This document shows positions 1-8,525 of a stretch of 40,255 bases of DNA, one piece after another (positions within the stretch are counted from its first letter, which is position 1; each line of letters opens with the position of its first letter). The position numbers were made by a program, and so were the translations under genes. A model generated the notes under the pieces. That model searched no databases and was not told the origin of the DNA. It worked only from the letters and a program-made list of their open reading frames with translations. The stretch comes from Rhodoluna sp. (GTDB taxonomy: Bacteria > Actinomycetota > Actinomycetes > Actinomycetales > Microbacteriaceae), in NCBI GenBank assembly GCA_044232765.1, contig JBIILH010000001.1, positions 1 through 40,255 on the forward strand. The letters are read 5' to 3'.

Positions 1-48
1 GGCAGGTGTCAATGTGACAACCGGAGCACCAAAGTGTCCTTGCGACAT
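1..48 (-). CDS. N-terminus of a gene running off the left edge (MSQGHFGAPVVTLTPA...), product unidentifiable
   Basis: ATG at 48 on the minus strand, preceded by AGGAG with 7-nt spacing; open to the window edge. Confidence 0.6.
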   Translation of the reverse strand, partial: MSQGHFGAPVVTLTPA

Positions 49-153
49 GTGTTTCTCCTACTCACTCGTATCTGTTTAGATGCCCAATAAATCTGGCTAA
101 TTAGAGCAAACGGCACTGTCGGCTAACCTGAAAAGTATAACAAATGCCTAGAT

Positions 154-732
154 TTAGGCAGGTTCAGGCCTAAGGCTCTTGATCTTGTGGTTAGTTAGCT
201 TGGCTAGCTCATCAAGGCTAGAAACCCCATGTCTATCAGCCATATGGATGACAATCCTGGCACAGGCATCACTATCGGCTAGTGCATCATGGTGGTCAAA
301 CTCCTCATGACCTATGGCATAAGCCACCTGATTGAGCCTGTAACTGTCTAGGTTGTAGGTCTTTCTAGCCATAATCAGGGAGCAGCCATAGCGAATATCG
401 GGTAATTCAGCCTCAATTAGGGCAGCGCTAGATCTCAATACCCCCATGTCAAACCCCGCATTATGAGCAATCAGGTCATCCATACCTATAAACCCAAGCA
501 TCTGATCCAGGGCTACTGCCCAAGTGGGAGCATCCACCACATCATGTGGGTGGATGCCATGAACACCAATGTTTCCCGTTGCAAACCAGTCATTTGGATA
601 TGGGGGCTTTATCAAGGTGGAGAAGGTATCTACAATTTTGCCTTCAGCTACCTTCACTAAACCAACAGCGCAAGGACTAGCTGAAGACCCATTAGCGGTC
701 TCAAAGTCGATGGCTGTGAAATTTAGCGGCAT
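154..732 (-). CDS. DEDDh 3'-5' exonuclease (DnaQ / Pol III epsilon-like family)
   Basis: ExoI IDFET, ExoII AHNAGFD and ExoIII HHDALAD motifs. Confidence 0.9.
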   Translation of the reverse strand: MPLNFTAIDFETANGSSASPCAVGLVKVAEGKIVDTFSTLIKPPYPNDWFATGNIGVHGIHPHDVVDAPTWAVALDQMLGFIGMDDLIAHNAGFDMGVLRSSAALIEAELPDIRYGCSLIMARKTYNLDSYRLNQVAYAIGHEEFDHHDALADSDACARIVIHMADRHGVSSLDELAKLTNHKIKSLRPEPA

Positions 733-799
733 GGTTCAATCTAACCCAAAGCCCAAGACACCGAAGGCAGAGAGCTCTAAGGCAAGTAAACTTGCTTGA

Positions 800-1873
800 A
801 TGGCTCTAACAATCGGTATCGTCGGACTACCAAACGTCGGCAAATCAACTCTCTTCAACGCACTTACTAAGAACAATGTGTTGGCAGCGAACTATCCTTT
901 CGCAACCATTGAACCCAACATCGGTGTTGTAAATCTTCCAGACCCAAGACTTCAGAAGCTTGCTGACATCTTCGGTAGTCAAGCATTACTGCCAGCTCCT
1001 GTGTCATTTGTCGACATCGCTGGAATTGTTAAAGGTGCATCTTTAGGTGAAGGACTAGGAAACAAGTTCCTAGCTAACATCCGAGAAGCGGATGCTATCG
1101 CTCAGGTAGTTAGAGGCTTTGCTAATCCTGATGTTATTCACGTTGATGGCAAGGTTGATGCTTCAAGTGATATCGAAACCATTAACACTGAGCTAATCCT
1201 GGCTGATCTAGAAACTCTAGATAAAGCAAGAGTAAGAATTGAAAAAGAAGTTAAGGGTAAGAAAGTAGAACCTGCTGTTCTAGACACAGTAGACCAGGCT
1301 CTTGAGTTCCTAAATGCAGGCAAGCCTCTTTCTGTTTCAACTATTGACTTACTTCCAATCAAAGAACTTGGTCTGCTAACTGCTAAACCTATTCTTTATG
1401 TCTTCAACGTTGATGAGTCTGTGCTTAGTGATCCTGCCAAGCGTAAGCAGTTAGCTGACCTAGTAGCTCCTGCGGAAGCAGTGTTCCTAGATGCCAAGGT
1501 TGAAAGCGAACTTATTGATCTATCTCCTGAAGAAGCTAATGAACTTCTAGCCTCTCTTGGTCAAGATGAATCTGGTTTAGACCAACTTGCTCGCATTGGT
1601 TTCAACACTCTAGGTCTTCAGACCTATCTAACTGCTGGTCCTAAAGAAACTAGAGCTTGGACTATCAAGAAAGGTGCAACAGCACCTCAGGCTGCTGGTG
1701 TTATCCATACTGATTTCCAAAGAGGCTTCATCAAAGCTGAAATTGTTTCTTTCGAAGACCTAATTGCTGCTGGCTCAATGGCTGATGCCAAAGCAGCAGG
1801 TAAGGTCCGCATGGAAGGCAAAGACTATGTCATGCGTGATGGAGATGTTGTTGAGTTTAGGTTCAACGTCTAG
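800..1873 (+). CDS. ychF: Redox-regulated ATPase YchF (Obg family)
   Basis: [29 protein letters not shown], and C-terminal TGS domain ending [18 protein letters not shown]. Confidence 0.98.
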   Translation: MALTIGIVGLPNVGKSTLFNALTKNNVLAANYPFATIEPNIGVVNLPDPRLQKLADIFGSQALLPAPVSFVDIAGIVKGASLGEGLGNKFLANIREADAIAQVVRGFANPDVIHVDGKVDASSDIETINTELILADLETLDKARVRIEKEVKGKKVEPAVLDTVDQALEFLNAGKPLSVSTIDLLPIKELGLLTAKPILYVFNVDESVLSDPAKRKQLADLVAPAEAVFLDAKVESELIDLSPEEANELLASLGQDESGLDQLARIGFNTLGLQTYLTAGPKETRAWTIKKGATAPQAAGVIHTDFQRGFIKAEIVSFEDLIAAGSMADAKAAGKVRMEGKDYVMRDGDVVEFRFNV

Positions 1874-1885
1874 GGCTATTCAGTA

Positions 1886-2356
1886 ATGAGAGAAAAGCTC
1901 TACACAGTGGAACGTGTTTACCCAGTAAGTATTGAAACTCTTTGGAATGCCTGGCTGGACCCTAAGGCTCTAGAGGTTTGGTATAGCCCAGTGCAATTAG
2001 AAGTAGCTAAAGACACTGTTACTAATGAAGCAGTAGTCGGGGGAGTATGGACAGTTGGTGTTGATGTTCCTGAGTACAACTTCGTTGCCTACTTCTTTGG
2101 TGTCTACACCCAAGTAAAAGAGCATGAACTACTTGAACACACCATGAACTACACCCAGTCGTTGGCTGAGTTCAAGAAGAGAGTCTCCTCTCCTGATGAG
2201 CACCTGATTCAGCTCAACTTCAAGGAAGTTGAAGGTGGATCTTGGGTTTCATTTACTCAGTTGGGTGAAATGCCTGCTGAGCAAATTGAGTTGACCAAGG
2301 CAGGAACTACCTCTTACTTCGATAACTTAGGTCTCTACTTAGCAGGTAAGAAGTAA
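1886..2356 (+). CDS. SRPBCC/AHSA1-like (START-fold) protein
   Basis: VERVYPVSIETLWNAWLDPKALEVWY N-terminal pattern and C-terminal helix GTTSYFDNL typical of AHSA1. Confidence 0.8.
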   Translation: MREKLYTVERVYPVSIETLWNAWLDPKALEVWYSPVQLEVAKDTVTNEAVVGGVWTVGVDVPEYNFVAYFFGVYTQVKEHELLEHTMNYTQSLAEFKKRVSSPDEHLIQLNFKEVEGGSWVSFTQLGEMPAEQIELTKAGTTSYFDNLGLYLAGKK

Positions 2357-2451
2357 CTCTATTTATAGGGTGTAGCTATAATCATCAACCCTGAAAACAT
2401 TAATTATCGGTGGCAGATCTAGAAGATGGTTTTGTTCTAGTACGTAAGTAT

Positions 2452-2482
2452 TTGACCTAAATCGCAGTTGGTCTGCGATACT
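2452..2482 (+). promoter_or_regulatory. Putative MerR-family-type promoter: TTGACC-N19-GATACT with dyad ATCGCAG-N5-CTGCGAT
   Basis: -35 at 2452-2457, 19-nt spacer, -10 at 2477-2482; perfect 7-bp inverted repeat at 2461-2479. Confidence 0.55.
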
Positions 2483-2515
2483 TCAAACACTAGAGATTAT
2501 TTGGGAGGTGTGAAG

Positions 2516-2581
2516 ATGTTGAATGACAAGGAATGCGGTTGTGGCGAAGGCTGCAAGTGCTCAGGTAACTCAAACGAATAG
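2516..2581 (+). CDS. 21-aa Cys-rich, metallothionein-like peptide MLNDKECGCGEGCKCSGNSNE
   Basis: GGAGG at 2504-2508, 7 nt before ATG; CxCxxxCxC motif; upstream promoter and downstream hairpin. Below the ORF track length cutoff. Confidence 0.7.
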   Translation: MLNDKECGCGEGCKCSGNSNE

Positions 2582-2601
2582 AAACAACTAAGTTGTTTCT
2601 T
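2581..2601. terminator. Hairpin GAAACAAC-TAA-GTTGTTTC between convergent genes, possible weak terminator
   Basis: 8-bp inverted repeat immediately after the peptide stop codon. Confidence 0.45.
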
Positions 2602-2622
2602 GAATAAAGAATTTAGGCAAGC

Positions 2623-3309
2623 CTAGAACTCGGTACTACCGATGACAGGCTTGCCTTCTTTTATACCCGCTAGCAATACGCTCACCACATGACTAGCAGT
2701 CATACCTTCAGGGAAAGCCGGAGCAGTTCCAAAAATCGCTCTTGTAGCTAGACCTGTTTCTGTGTGTCCAGGTTTTGCATCGGTAACTTGAATCTTGTCT
2801 CTGCGGAACTCTTGAGTGATTGTGGCTAGGTAACTAGCGTGAGCAGTTTTAGAAACTGTGTAGGCAGACATTCCAGGGAACACCTTCTCTGAAACAACTC
2901 CAGTAATTCCAGCAACAAATGATCCTGCTTCTTTATCTAGAGATAGAAGTGGATGCAGAGCAGAGATGATGCTTGCTGGTCCTAGGTTGTTGATCTGCAT
3001 GAGCTTGGCGGCATCTAAAGCAGAAGTCTCAGTTGCTTTAGCGAAACCAACAACACCTGCTGCGTTGATGATGCCATGAATTGGTTGGTTCAGGTTTAGT
3101 AGGTAATCAGTTAGTGTCTTGATGCTGTCTTGGTTCTCAAGATCAACAACTAACTTCACAGCTGCTTCAGCAGGTATGCGAGCGGCTGTGTCAGCATTTC
3201 TTGCTGTTGCCATGACTACTGCTCCTTGAGCGGAGAGTTGTCTAACGAGCTCAGAACCTAATGCTCCCGAGCCACCAATTACCAAGATGTTTTTACCTGT
3301 GAATTCCAT
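2623..3309 (-). CDS. Short-chain dehydrogenase/reductase (SDR)
   Basis: GGSGALG nucleotide-binding motif, NAAG, catalytic YxxxK (YTVSK). Confidence 0.9.
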   Translation of the reverse strand: MEFTGKNILVIGGSGALGSELVRQLSAQGAVVMATARNADTAARIPAEAAVKLVVDLENQDSIKTLTDYLLNLNQPIHGIINAAGVVGFAKATETSALDAAKLMQINNLGPASIISALHPLLSLDKEAGSFVAGITGVVSEKVFPGMSAYTVSKTAHASYLATITQEFRRDKIQVTDAKPGHTETGLATRAIFGTAPAFPEGMTASHVVSVLLAGIKEGKPVIGSTEF

Positions 3310-3365
3310 TTCTCAATTATGGCCTTATTTAGATACTCTCGACCTAACTCGGGCAGAATAGGCAC

Positions 3366-4943
3366 ATGAAAACACATCGCGGAGTCCTTCACTCAAGAAA
3401 TGGTGGAGCTGCTGCTAGCCAGCCTTTGGCTGTCTCAGCAGCGCTAGAGATTCTTAGAGCAGGTGGTTCATTCATAGATGCAGGTATTGCTCTTAGTGCT
3501 GTTATCTCAGTTGTTGAGCCTGGAGCATCTCAGCTTGGTGGTGATGCTTTCCTTATTACGCATCACGCTAAGACAAAAGAGAACCTAGCCTTCAATGGCA
3601 GTGGTGAAGCTGGACACTCAGCAACTAGAGATAAGTTCACAGACAAGATAGATCACCATGGCTACAGATCTGCAACTGTGCCAGGCACGGTTGCTGCTTG
3701 GTTTGCAGCTCACGAGAGATATGGCAAGTTGCCTATAGACCAGATACTTGCTCCTGCAATTAGGTATGCAGAGTTTGGCTTTCCTGCCTCAAGAGATTTC
3801 GTGCTGAGAATTCAGGGTTTATTGAAACTCTTTCCAGAAGTAACCTTCTTTGCAGACATGGGCATTGACACTTCCCTTGCTATTGGTGATGTGGTTATCC
3901 AGAAAGATTTAGCTAACACTCTGAAGCTAATTGCCAAAAACGGTAGAGATGGTTTCTATAAGGGTGAGGTAGCAGACAAGATTGTTTCTGGAACTGATGG
4001 CTGGTTCAACCATGAAGACCTTGCTAATCACGTGACCAGAGTTGAAGCTCCTCTTACTGCTAACTACCGTGGTTTCTCAGTGCATGGTCAACCACCGCCA
4101 ACCCAGGGAATGATTCTTCTAGAAGAACTTCTTCTAGTTGAAGACAAGGATCTATCTAAGCTCTCAGAAGCTGAGCGTATTCACCTAATGGTTGAGGCTA
4201 AGAAGATAGGTTTTATGGACCGCAATGAAATAATTGCTGATCCTGAGTTTGTTCCTGTTGATACTCAAAGAATTCTTTCTCCAGAGCACATTGCCATTAG
4301 AAGAAAGCAGATTGATCCAGATAAGGCCTATAACGGTCCTGAAGGAGATACTAAGGAAGGTAGTGACACTACCTACTTCATCGTGGCTGACGCTGAAGGT
4401 AATGCTGTGTCATGGATTCAGAGTGTCTTCCATGGCTTTGGTTCGGCTTTTGTTCCTAAGGGAACAGGTGTTATTCTAAACAACAGAGCTACTGGGTTTA
4501 GTTTGGATGAGAACTCACCTAACCTCATTGAACCTGGCAAGAGACCAGCTCACACACTTAACGCTTGGACTGTTACTAATCCGGATGGTTCTCTTGCCTA
4601 TGTGGGTGGAACTCCAGGAGCTAACATCCAGGTGCAGACAAACTTCCAGCTCATCGTTGCTCTGATTGATCTAGGTATGAGTGTTCAAGAAGCTTGTGAA
4701 GCAGCTAGATGGCAGCACCTAATCGGTGATTCATCGGATTATGAAACAGGAGCAGGAAAGCTTCAGATTGAATCAAGAGTTTCAGCAGAAGTTATAGATG
4801 AACTGAAGGCTAAAGGACATGATGTGATGCTGTTGCCTGAGTATGGACATGGCTCTGCAGTCCAGTTGTTGAAGATTCTTGACAATGGAACTCAAGCCTG
4901 GGGTAGCGACGTTCGCGTAGACGGACAAGCTGCTGGCATTTAG
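3366..4943 (+). CDS. ggt: Gamma-glutamyltransferase family (Ntn hydrolase), cytoplasmic YwrD-like type
   Basis: SQLGGDAF, TVPG, autocleavage site SD/TTYF, LNNR, PGKRPAHTL, GTPG; no signal peptide. Confidence 0.88.
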   Translation: MKTHRGVLHSRNGGAAASQPLAVSAALEILRAGGSFIDAGIALSAVISVVEPGASQLGGDAFLITHHAKTKENLAFNGSGEAGHSATRDKFTDKIDHHGYRSATVPGTVAAWFAAHERYGKLPIDQILAPAIRYAEFGFPASRDFVLRIQGLLKLFPEVTFFADMGIDTSLAIGDVVIQKDLANTLKLIAKNGRDGFYKGEVADKIVSGTDGWFNHEDLANHVTRVEAPLTANYRGFSVHGQPPPTQGMILLEELLLVEDKDLSKLSEAERIHLMVEAKKIGFMDRNEIIADPEFVPVDTQRILSPEHIAIRRKQIDPDKAYNGPEGDTKEGSDTTYFIVADAEGNAVSWIQSVFHGFGSAFVPKGTGVILNNRATGFSLDENSPNLIEPGKRPAHTLNAWTVTNPDGSLAYVGGTPGANIQVQTNFQLIVALIDLGMSVQEACEAARWQHLIGDSSDYETGAGKLQIESRVSAEVIDELKAKGHDVMLLPEYGHGSAVQLLKILDNGTQAWGSDVRVDGQAAGI

Positions 4944-5055
4944 GAAGAGATTGGGCATTCGTTTCCAAATGGTAGTTAGACGTTAGGTAGTATTGGGCAT
5001 AACCAATAAACATCAGTAGCTAATTCTTGTTGGGTCTCGAGGGGAAAATCAAGTT

Positions 5056-6729
5056 TTGGAAATTTCTAAGGTCATTCGAATTGTTGCCGCGGTTGTTTCT
5101 TTAGGTTTAATCCTGAATTTTGGTGCGCCAGCAAACTCTCAAAACCTAAACAATCCAATCATGGTTTCAGCTAAGTCCGCTCCGAATCTTTATAATCATG
5201 ATTTGGTTGTTTATGGGGGATCTCCTGCGGGTGTGATTGCTGCAGTTGCAGCCAGCAGGAGGGGACTAAATGTTGCTCTACTGTCGCAGACCCCGACTGT
5301 TGGCGGAACAATTTCAAATGGTCTTGGAGCTACCGATGTATTAGTGCCAAGCAACGTCTCTGGTATTCCTTTGGAATTCTTCAATCAAGTGAAAGCTGCT
5401 TATAACAATAAAGATGCTTGGCGAGTGACCCCCAAGTTAGCAGAACAAATATTTAGAAAAATGCTTGCCTCTGCAAAAGTCCAAGTTTGGCTAAATGTGA
5501 GTGCCACTCAAGCCTCGATTGTTTCTGGAAAGATTACTTGCCTCACTGTGCGAAGTAAGTCCAAGTTCTGTGCAAAGCAGTTCATTGACGCCTCTTATCC
5601 TGCCGACCTACTGCCTTTGACAAAAACAAAGTTCAAATTAGGAAAGAAAGACCTGTTTGATTATGGTGACAACGTAGGTATGGATATCGCTTTCAAAACT
5701 AGGCTCACTATTACTGAAGAGCTAAGCGACGAGCAGGAGAAGAGCATTTCCTCATTGCCATTCATGCAACATCCCAAGACCTTCAATCAGGCTAAAGTCA
5801 AACTTACAGACGGCATGCCTTCATTCACCTATCGCTTCTGTGTATCAAAAGAGAACAAAAGGCCATTCAAGCTTGATCCACGTGATGAAAAGTACATTCC
5901 TGCCTGGAAAGTTCTAATAGCCGCTTTCTCCAAGAAACCTTGCGTTGACTGCGAAGAGGATGATGTGCATAAGGTAACTAGATTCTGGAGGATGGGTCGC
6001 GTTAGTGGTGACAAATGGGATTTGAATTCTCTAAACTCCTTCACAAACTTCCCGCTACCTGCCTCTTACTTCAGCGACCACTCATCCAGGGCAAGGACAA
6101 ATGCCTTGGCTGCTAGATACATCGAGTCTCTTGTTGCCTTCATGCAAGCAGATCCTGATGTTGACGCGGTCGAAAAGAGGGCCCTGGATGGTTTTGGTAT
6201 GTGTGCGGATGAATTTACCAACAACAACAACGTGCCCTATGAGCCATATGTCAGGGAAGGTCGTCGAGTCGTTGGCAAGTATGTAATGCTAGCCACCGAT
6301 CAAAAGACCAATATCACAAAGCAAGACTCAATAGGTATTGGTATGTACCACCTTGATAACAAGCTTTCGATAAGCGTGCACCATAAGAATCGTCTTTATC
6401 GTGACTACACATCATTTCAGAAATCTAAAATCTACGAGATTCCTTATTCAATAACGGTCCCAAAGACAGGGCCAACGAATCTGCTTGTAGCCGTTGGTGT
6501 TTCTACTTCACCACTTGCCTACGGTTCCATTCGCATGGAACCTCACTACATGCTCATTGGTCAAGCAACTGGAGTGGCGGCAGCACTGGCGATACAAAAC
6601 AATGTGCCAGTTGGTAAAATCCCAGTAACAGATCTTCAAAGTATTCTTAGGTCCTGGGGTCAGAAACTGTCGCTGAACAGTTACTTCAATATGTTTGGGT
6701 GTTTGAAGTGTTCGCACACACCTCTGTGA
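5056..6729 (+). CDS. Secreted FAD-dependent oxidoreductase (FAD_oxidored family)
   Basis: Signal-peptide-like N-terminus, DLVVYGGSPAG, FIDASY, YVREGRRVVG, YEIPY, GSIRMEPHYM..GQATG; TTG start after GAGGGG. Confidence 0.82.
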   Translation: MEISKVIRIVAAVVSLGLILNFGAPANSQNLNNPIMVSAKSAPNLYNHDLVVYGGSPAGVIAAVAASRRGLNVALLSQTPTVGGTISNGLGATDVLVPSNVSGIPLEFFNQVKAAYNNKDAWRVTPKLAEQIFRKMLASAKVQVWLNVSATQASIVSGKITCLTVRSKSKFCAKQFIDASYPADLLPLTKTKFKLGKKDLFDYGDNVGMDIAFKTRLTITEELSDEQEKSISSLPFMQHPKTFNQAKVKLTDGMPSFTYRFCVSKENKRPFKLDPRDEKYIPAWKVLIAAFSKKPCVDCEEDDVHKVTRFWRMGRVSGDKWDLNSLNSFTNFPLPASYFSDHSSRARTNALAARYIESLVAFMQADPDVDAVEKRALDGFGMCADEFTNNNNVPYEPYVREGRRVVGKYVMLATDQKTNITKQDSIGIGMYHLDNKLSISVHHKNRLYRDYTSFQKSKIYEIPYSITVPKTGPTNLLVAVGVSTSPLAYGSIRMEPHYMLIGQATGVAAALAIQNNVPVGKIPVTDLQSILRSWGQKLSLNSYFNMFGCLKCSHTPL

Positions 6730-7490
6730 AGAATTCCATTTGTAGCTAAGACACTTGAGCTTGTCGCGGTTAGTTCACCATCAAAATCGGTGATTGTTCC
6801 ACCGGCTTGTTCAACAATAGGAACTAGGGCAGCAATGTCATAGATCTTGAGATCATGTTCTGCGGTTATCTCAAGAGTGCCTTCAGCTAAGAGCATGTAT
6901 GACCAGAAGTCTCCGAATGCTCTGGTTCGCCAAATCTTTCTGGATAGATCTATGAGTTGATCTAACTGCCCTACCTGATCCCATAGCTTCAGGTTGTTAT
7001 AGCTAAGAGAAGCATTTTCTAGGTTGTTGACTTTAGAAACGTGGATTTGAACTTCTCTGCCATCGATGTGTCTGGTGTGTGCCCCAACTCCAGGAGCAGC
7101 CCACCATCTTCGACCCATAGCGGGAGCACTAACCACACTCACTAATGGTTTGCCATCTATTGCAAGAGCTATCAAGGTTGCCCATACTGGCACACCTCGC
7201 ATGAAGTTAGCTGTGCCATCGATAGGGTCAATAATCCAGGTTCTGCTGCCCTTACCGTGAAGGTTTTCACCGACAGTTCCATACTCTTCACCGATAAGGG
7301 AATCATCTGGTCTTTGTTCTTGAAGAACTAGTTTTAGGGCTTCTTCAACGCTTCTATCAGCATCGGTAACAGGAGATAAGTCTGGTTTGGTTTCAACTAC
7401 AAGATCCTGGGCATAGAAACGCTCGAGAGAGATCTTGTCAGCAATATCTGCCATCTCAAGGGCAAGAGCTAAATCTTTACTAAAGTCCAT
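6681..7490 (-). CDS. hisN: Histidinol-phosphatase (inositol monophosphatase family)
   Basis: TKPDLSPVTDAD, GEE, WIIDPIDGTANF, RAFGDFWSYM; actinobacterial rsgA-hisN synteny. Confidence 0.9.
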   Translation of the reverse strand: MDFSKDLALALEMADIADKISLERFYAQDLVVETKPDLSPVTDADRSVEEALKLVLQEQRPDDSLIGEEYGTVGENLHGKGSRTWIIDPIDGTANFMRGVPVWATLIALAIDGKPLVSVVSAPAMGRRWWAAPGVGAHTRHIDGREVQIHVSKVNNLENASLSYNNLKLWDQVGQLDQLIDLSRKIWRTRAFGDFWSYMLLAEGTLEITAEHDLKIYDIAALVPIVEQAGGTITDFDGELTATSSSVLATNGILHRGVCEHFKHPNILK

Positions 7491-7499
7491 GTATAAAAC

Positions 7500-8525
7500 T
7501 TACTCGTTAGATGAGTTAGCTAGAGAAGACATGAGTCTTCTAAGGGAATCTACTCTTGCTTCAGGTATTGTGCCATTAGCAATGGCTTCATCTAATAGAC
7601 AGTCAGGGGAGTCAGGTAGGTGCGAGCAGTCTCTAGGACAATCAACCGCAATAGCCCACAGGTCTTCAAAGCTCTTTAGAAGATTCTCTAATTTGATATG
7701 CCCTAGCCCAAAGGATCTGACCCCAGGAGTATCAATGATCCAAGAGTTAGTTTCTCTGTTTAGGTTGATGGCTCTTACTGAGCTGCTTGTGTGTCTTCCT
7801 CTACCGGTAACAGCATTCACTCCACCGGTTGAACGAAGAGCTCCAGGGGAGACAGCGTTCACCAGTGTTGACTTACCAACACCACTGTGTCCAACAACCA
7901 CTGTTATCTCATTAGCCAGGAAGTCGTTGAGTTCTTTGAGTGAAGGGCTTTCCTGTTTATTCAGAATTACAGGAATTGATAATCCAGAGAAGTTAGAGAG
8001 GAACTCTGTTGGATCCGCTAGATCTACCTTGGTAATGCATAGAGCAGGTCTAAGGCCTGCATCAAATGCAGCAGCTAGGTATCTATCAATCAATCTGGTT
8101 CTAGGTTCAGGGTTTGCAATAGCCACGACAATAAGCATCTGAGTTGCATTAGCAACCATCACTCGTTCTACTTGATCGCTATCGTCAGCACTTCGTCTCA
8201 AGAGAGATGTTCTAGGTTCCACTCGAACTATTCGAGATAGAGCTCCAACTGTGTCGGAGGTGTCACCAGCAAGAGCAACAAGATCTCCAACAGCAACACC
8301 TTCTTTTCTTAGTTCTTTACCAAGAGTTGCAGTTATCTCTCTAGCTTCATCAACAATGACTGTGTATCTACCCTTATCAACTTGGATAACCATTCCAATG
8401 GGAGCATCTTTATAAGTAGGTCTTGTCTTGGTTCTTGGCTTATTGCCTTTAGGGTTTGGTCTAGACCTGATATCACTCTCATCGATATCGTGTTGGCCAG
8501 GTTCTGGCTCATATAACCAACTCAA
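7500..8525 (-). CDS. rsgA: Ribosome small subunit-dependent GTPase A
   Basis: Circularly permuted GTPase (TKVD, GHSGVGKS, GRHT, DTPG) with C-terminal CxxxCxH..C zinc site. Confidence 0.95.
   Translation of the reverse strand: MSWLYEPEPGQHDIDESDIRSRPNPKGNKPRTKTRPTYKDAPIGMVIQVDKGRYTVIVDEAREITATLGKELRKEGVAVGDLVALAGDTSDTVGALSRIVRVEPRTSLLRRSADDSDQVERVMVANATQMLIVVAIANPEPRTRLIDRYLAAAFDAGLRPALCITKVDLADPTEFLSNFSGLSIPVILNKQESPSLKELNDFLANEITVVVGHSGVGKSTLVNAVSPGALRSTGGVNAVTGRGRHTSSSVRAINLNRETNSWIIDTPGVRSFGLGHIKLENLLKSFEDLWAIAVDCPRDCSHLPDSPDCLLDEAIANGTIPEARVDSLRRLMSSLANSSNE

Noticed and set aside
7435-8142. 235-aa ORF antisense to rsgA, and the other shadow ORFs in the track
   Set aside because: They lie opposite or within well-conserved genes, lack motifs, and are expected from codon bias.
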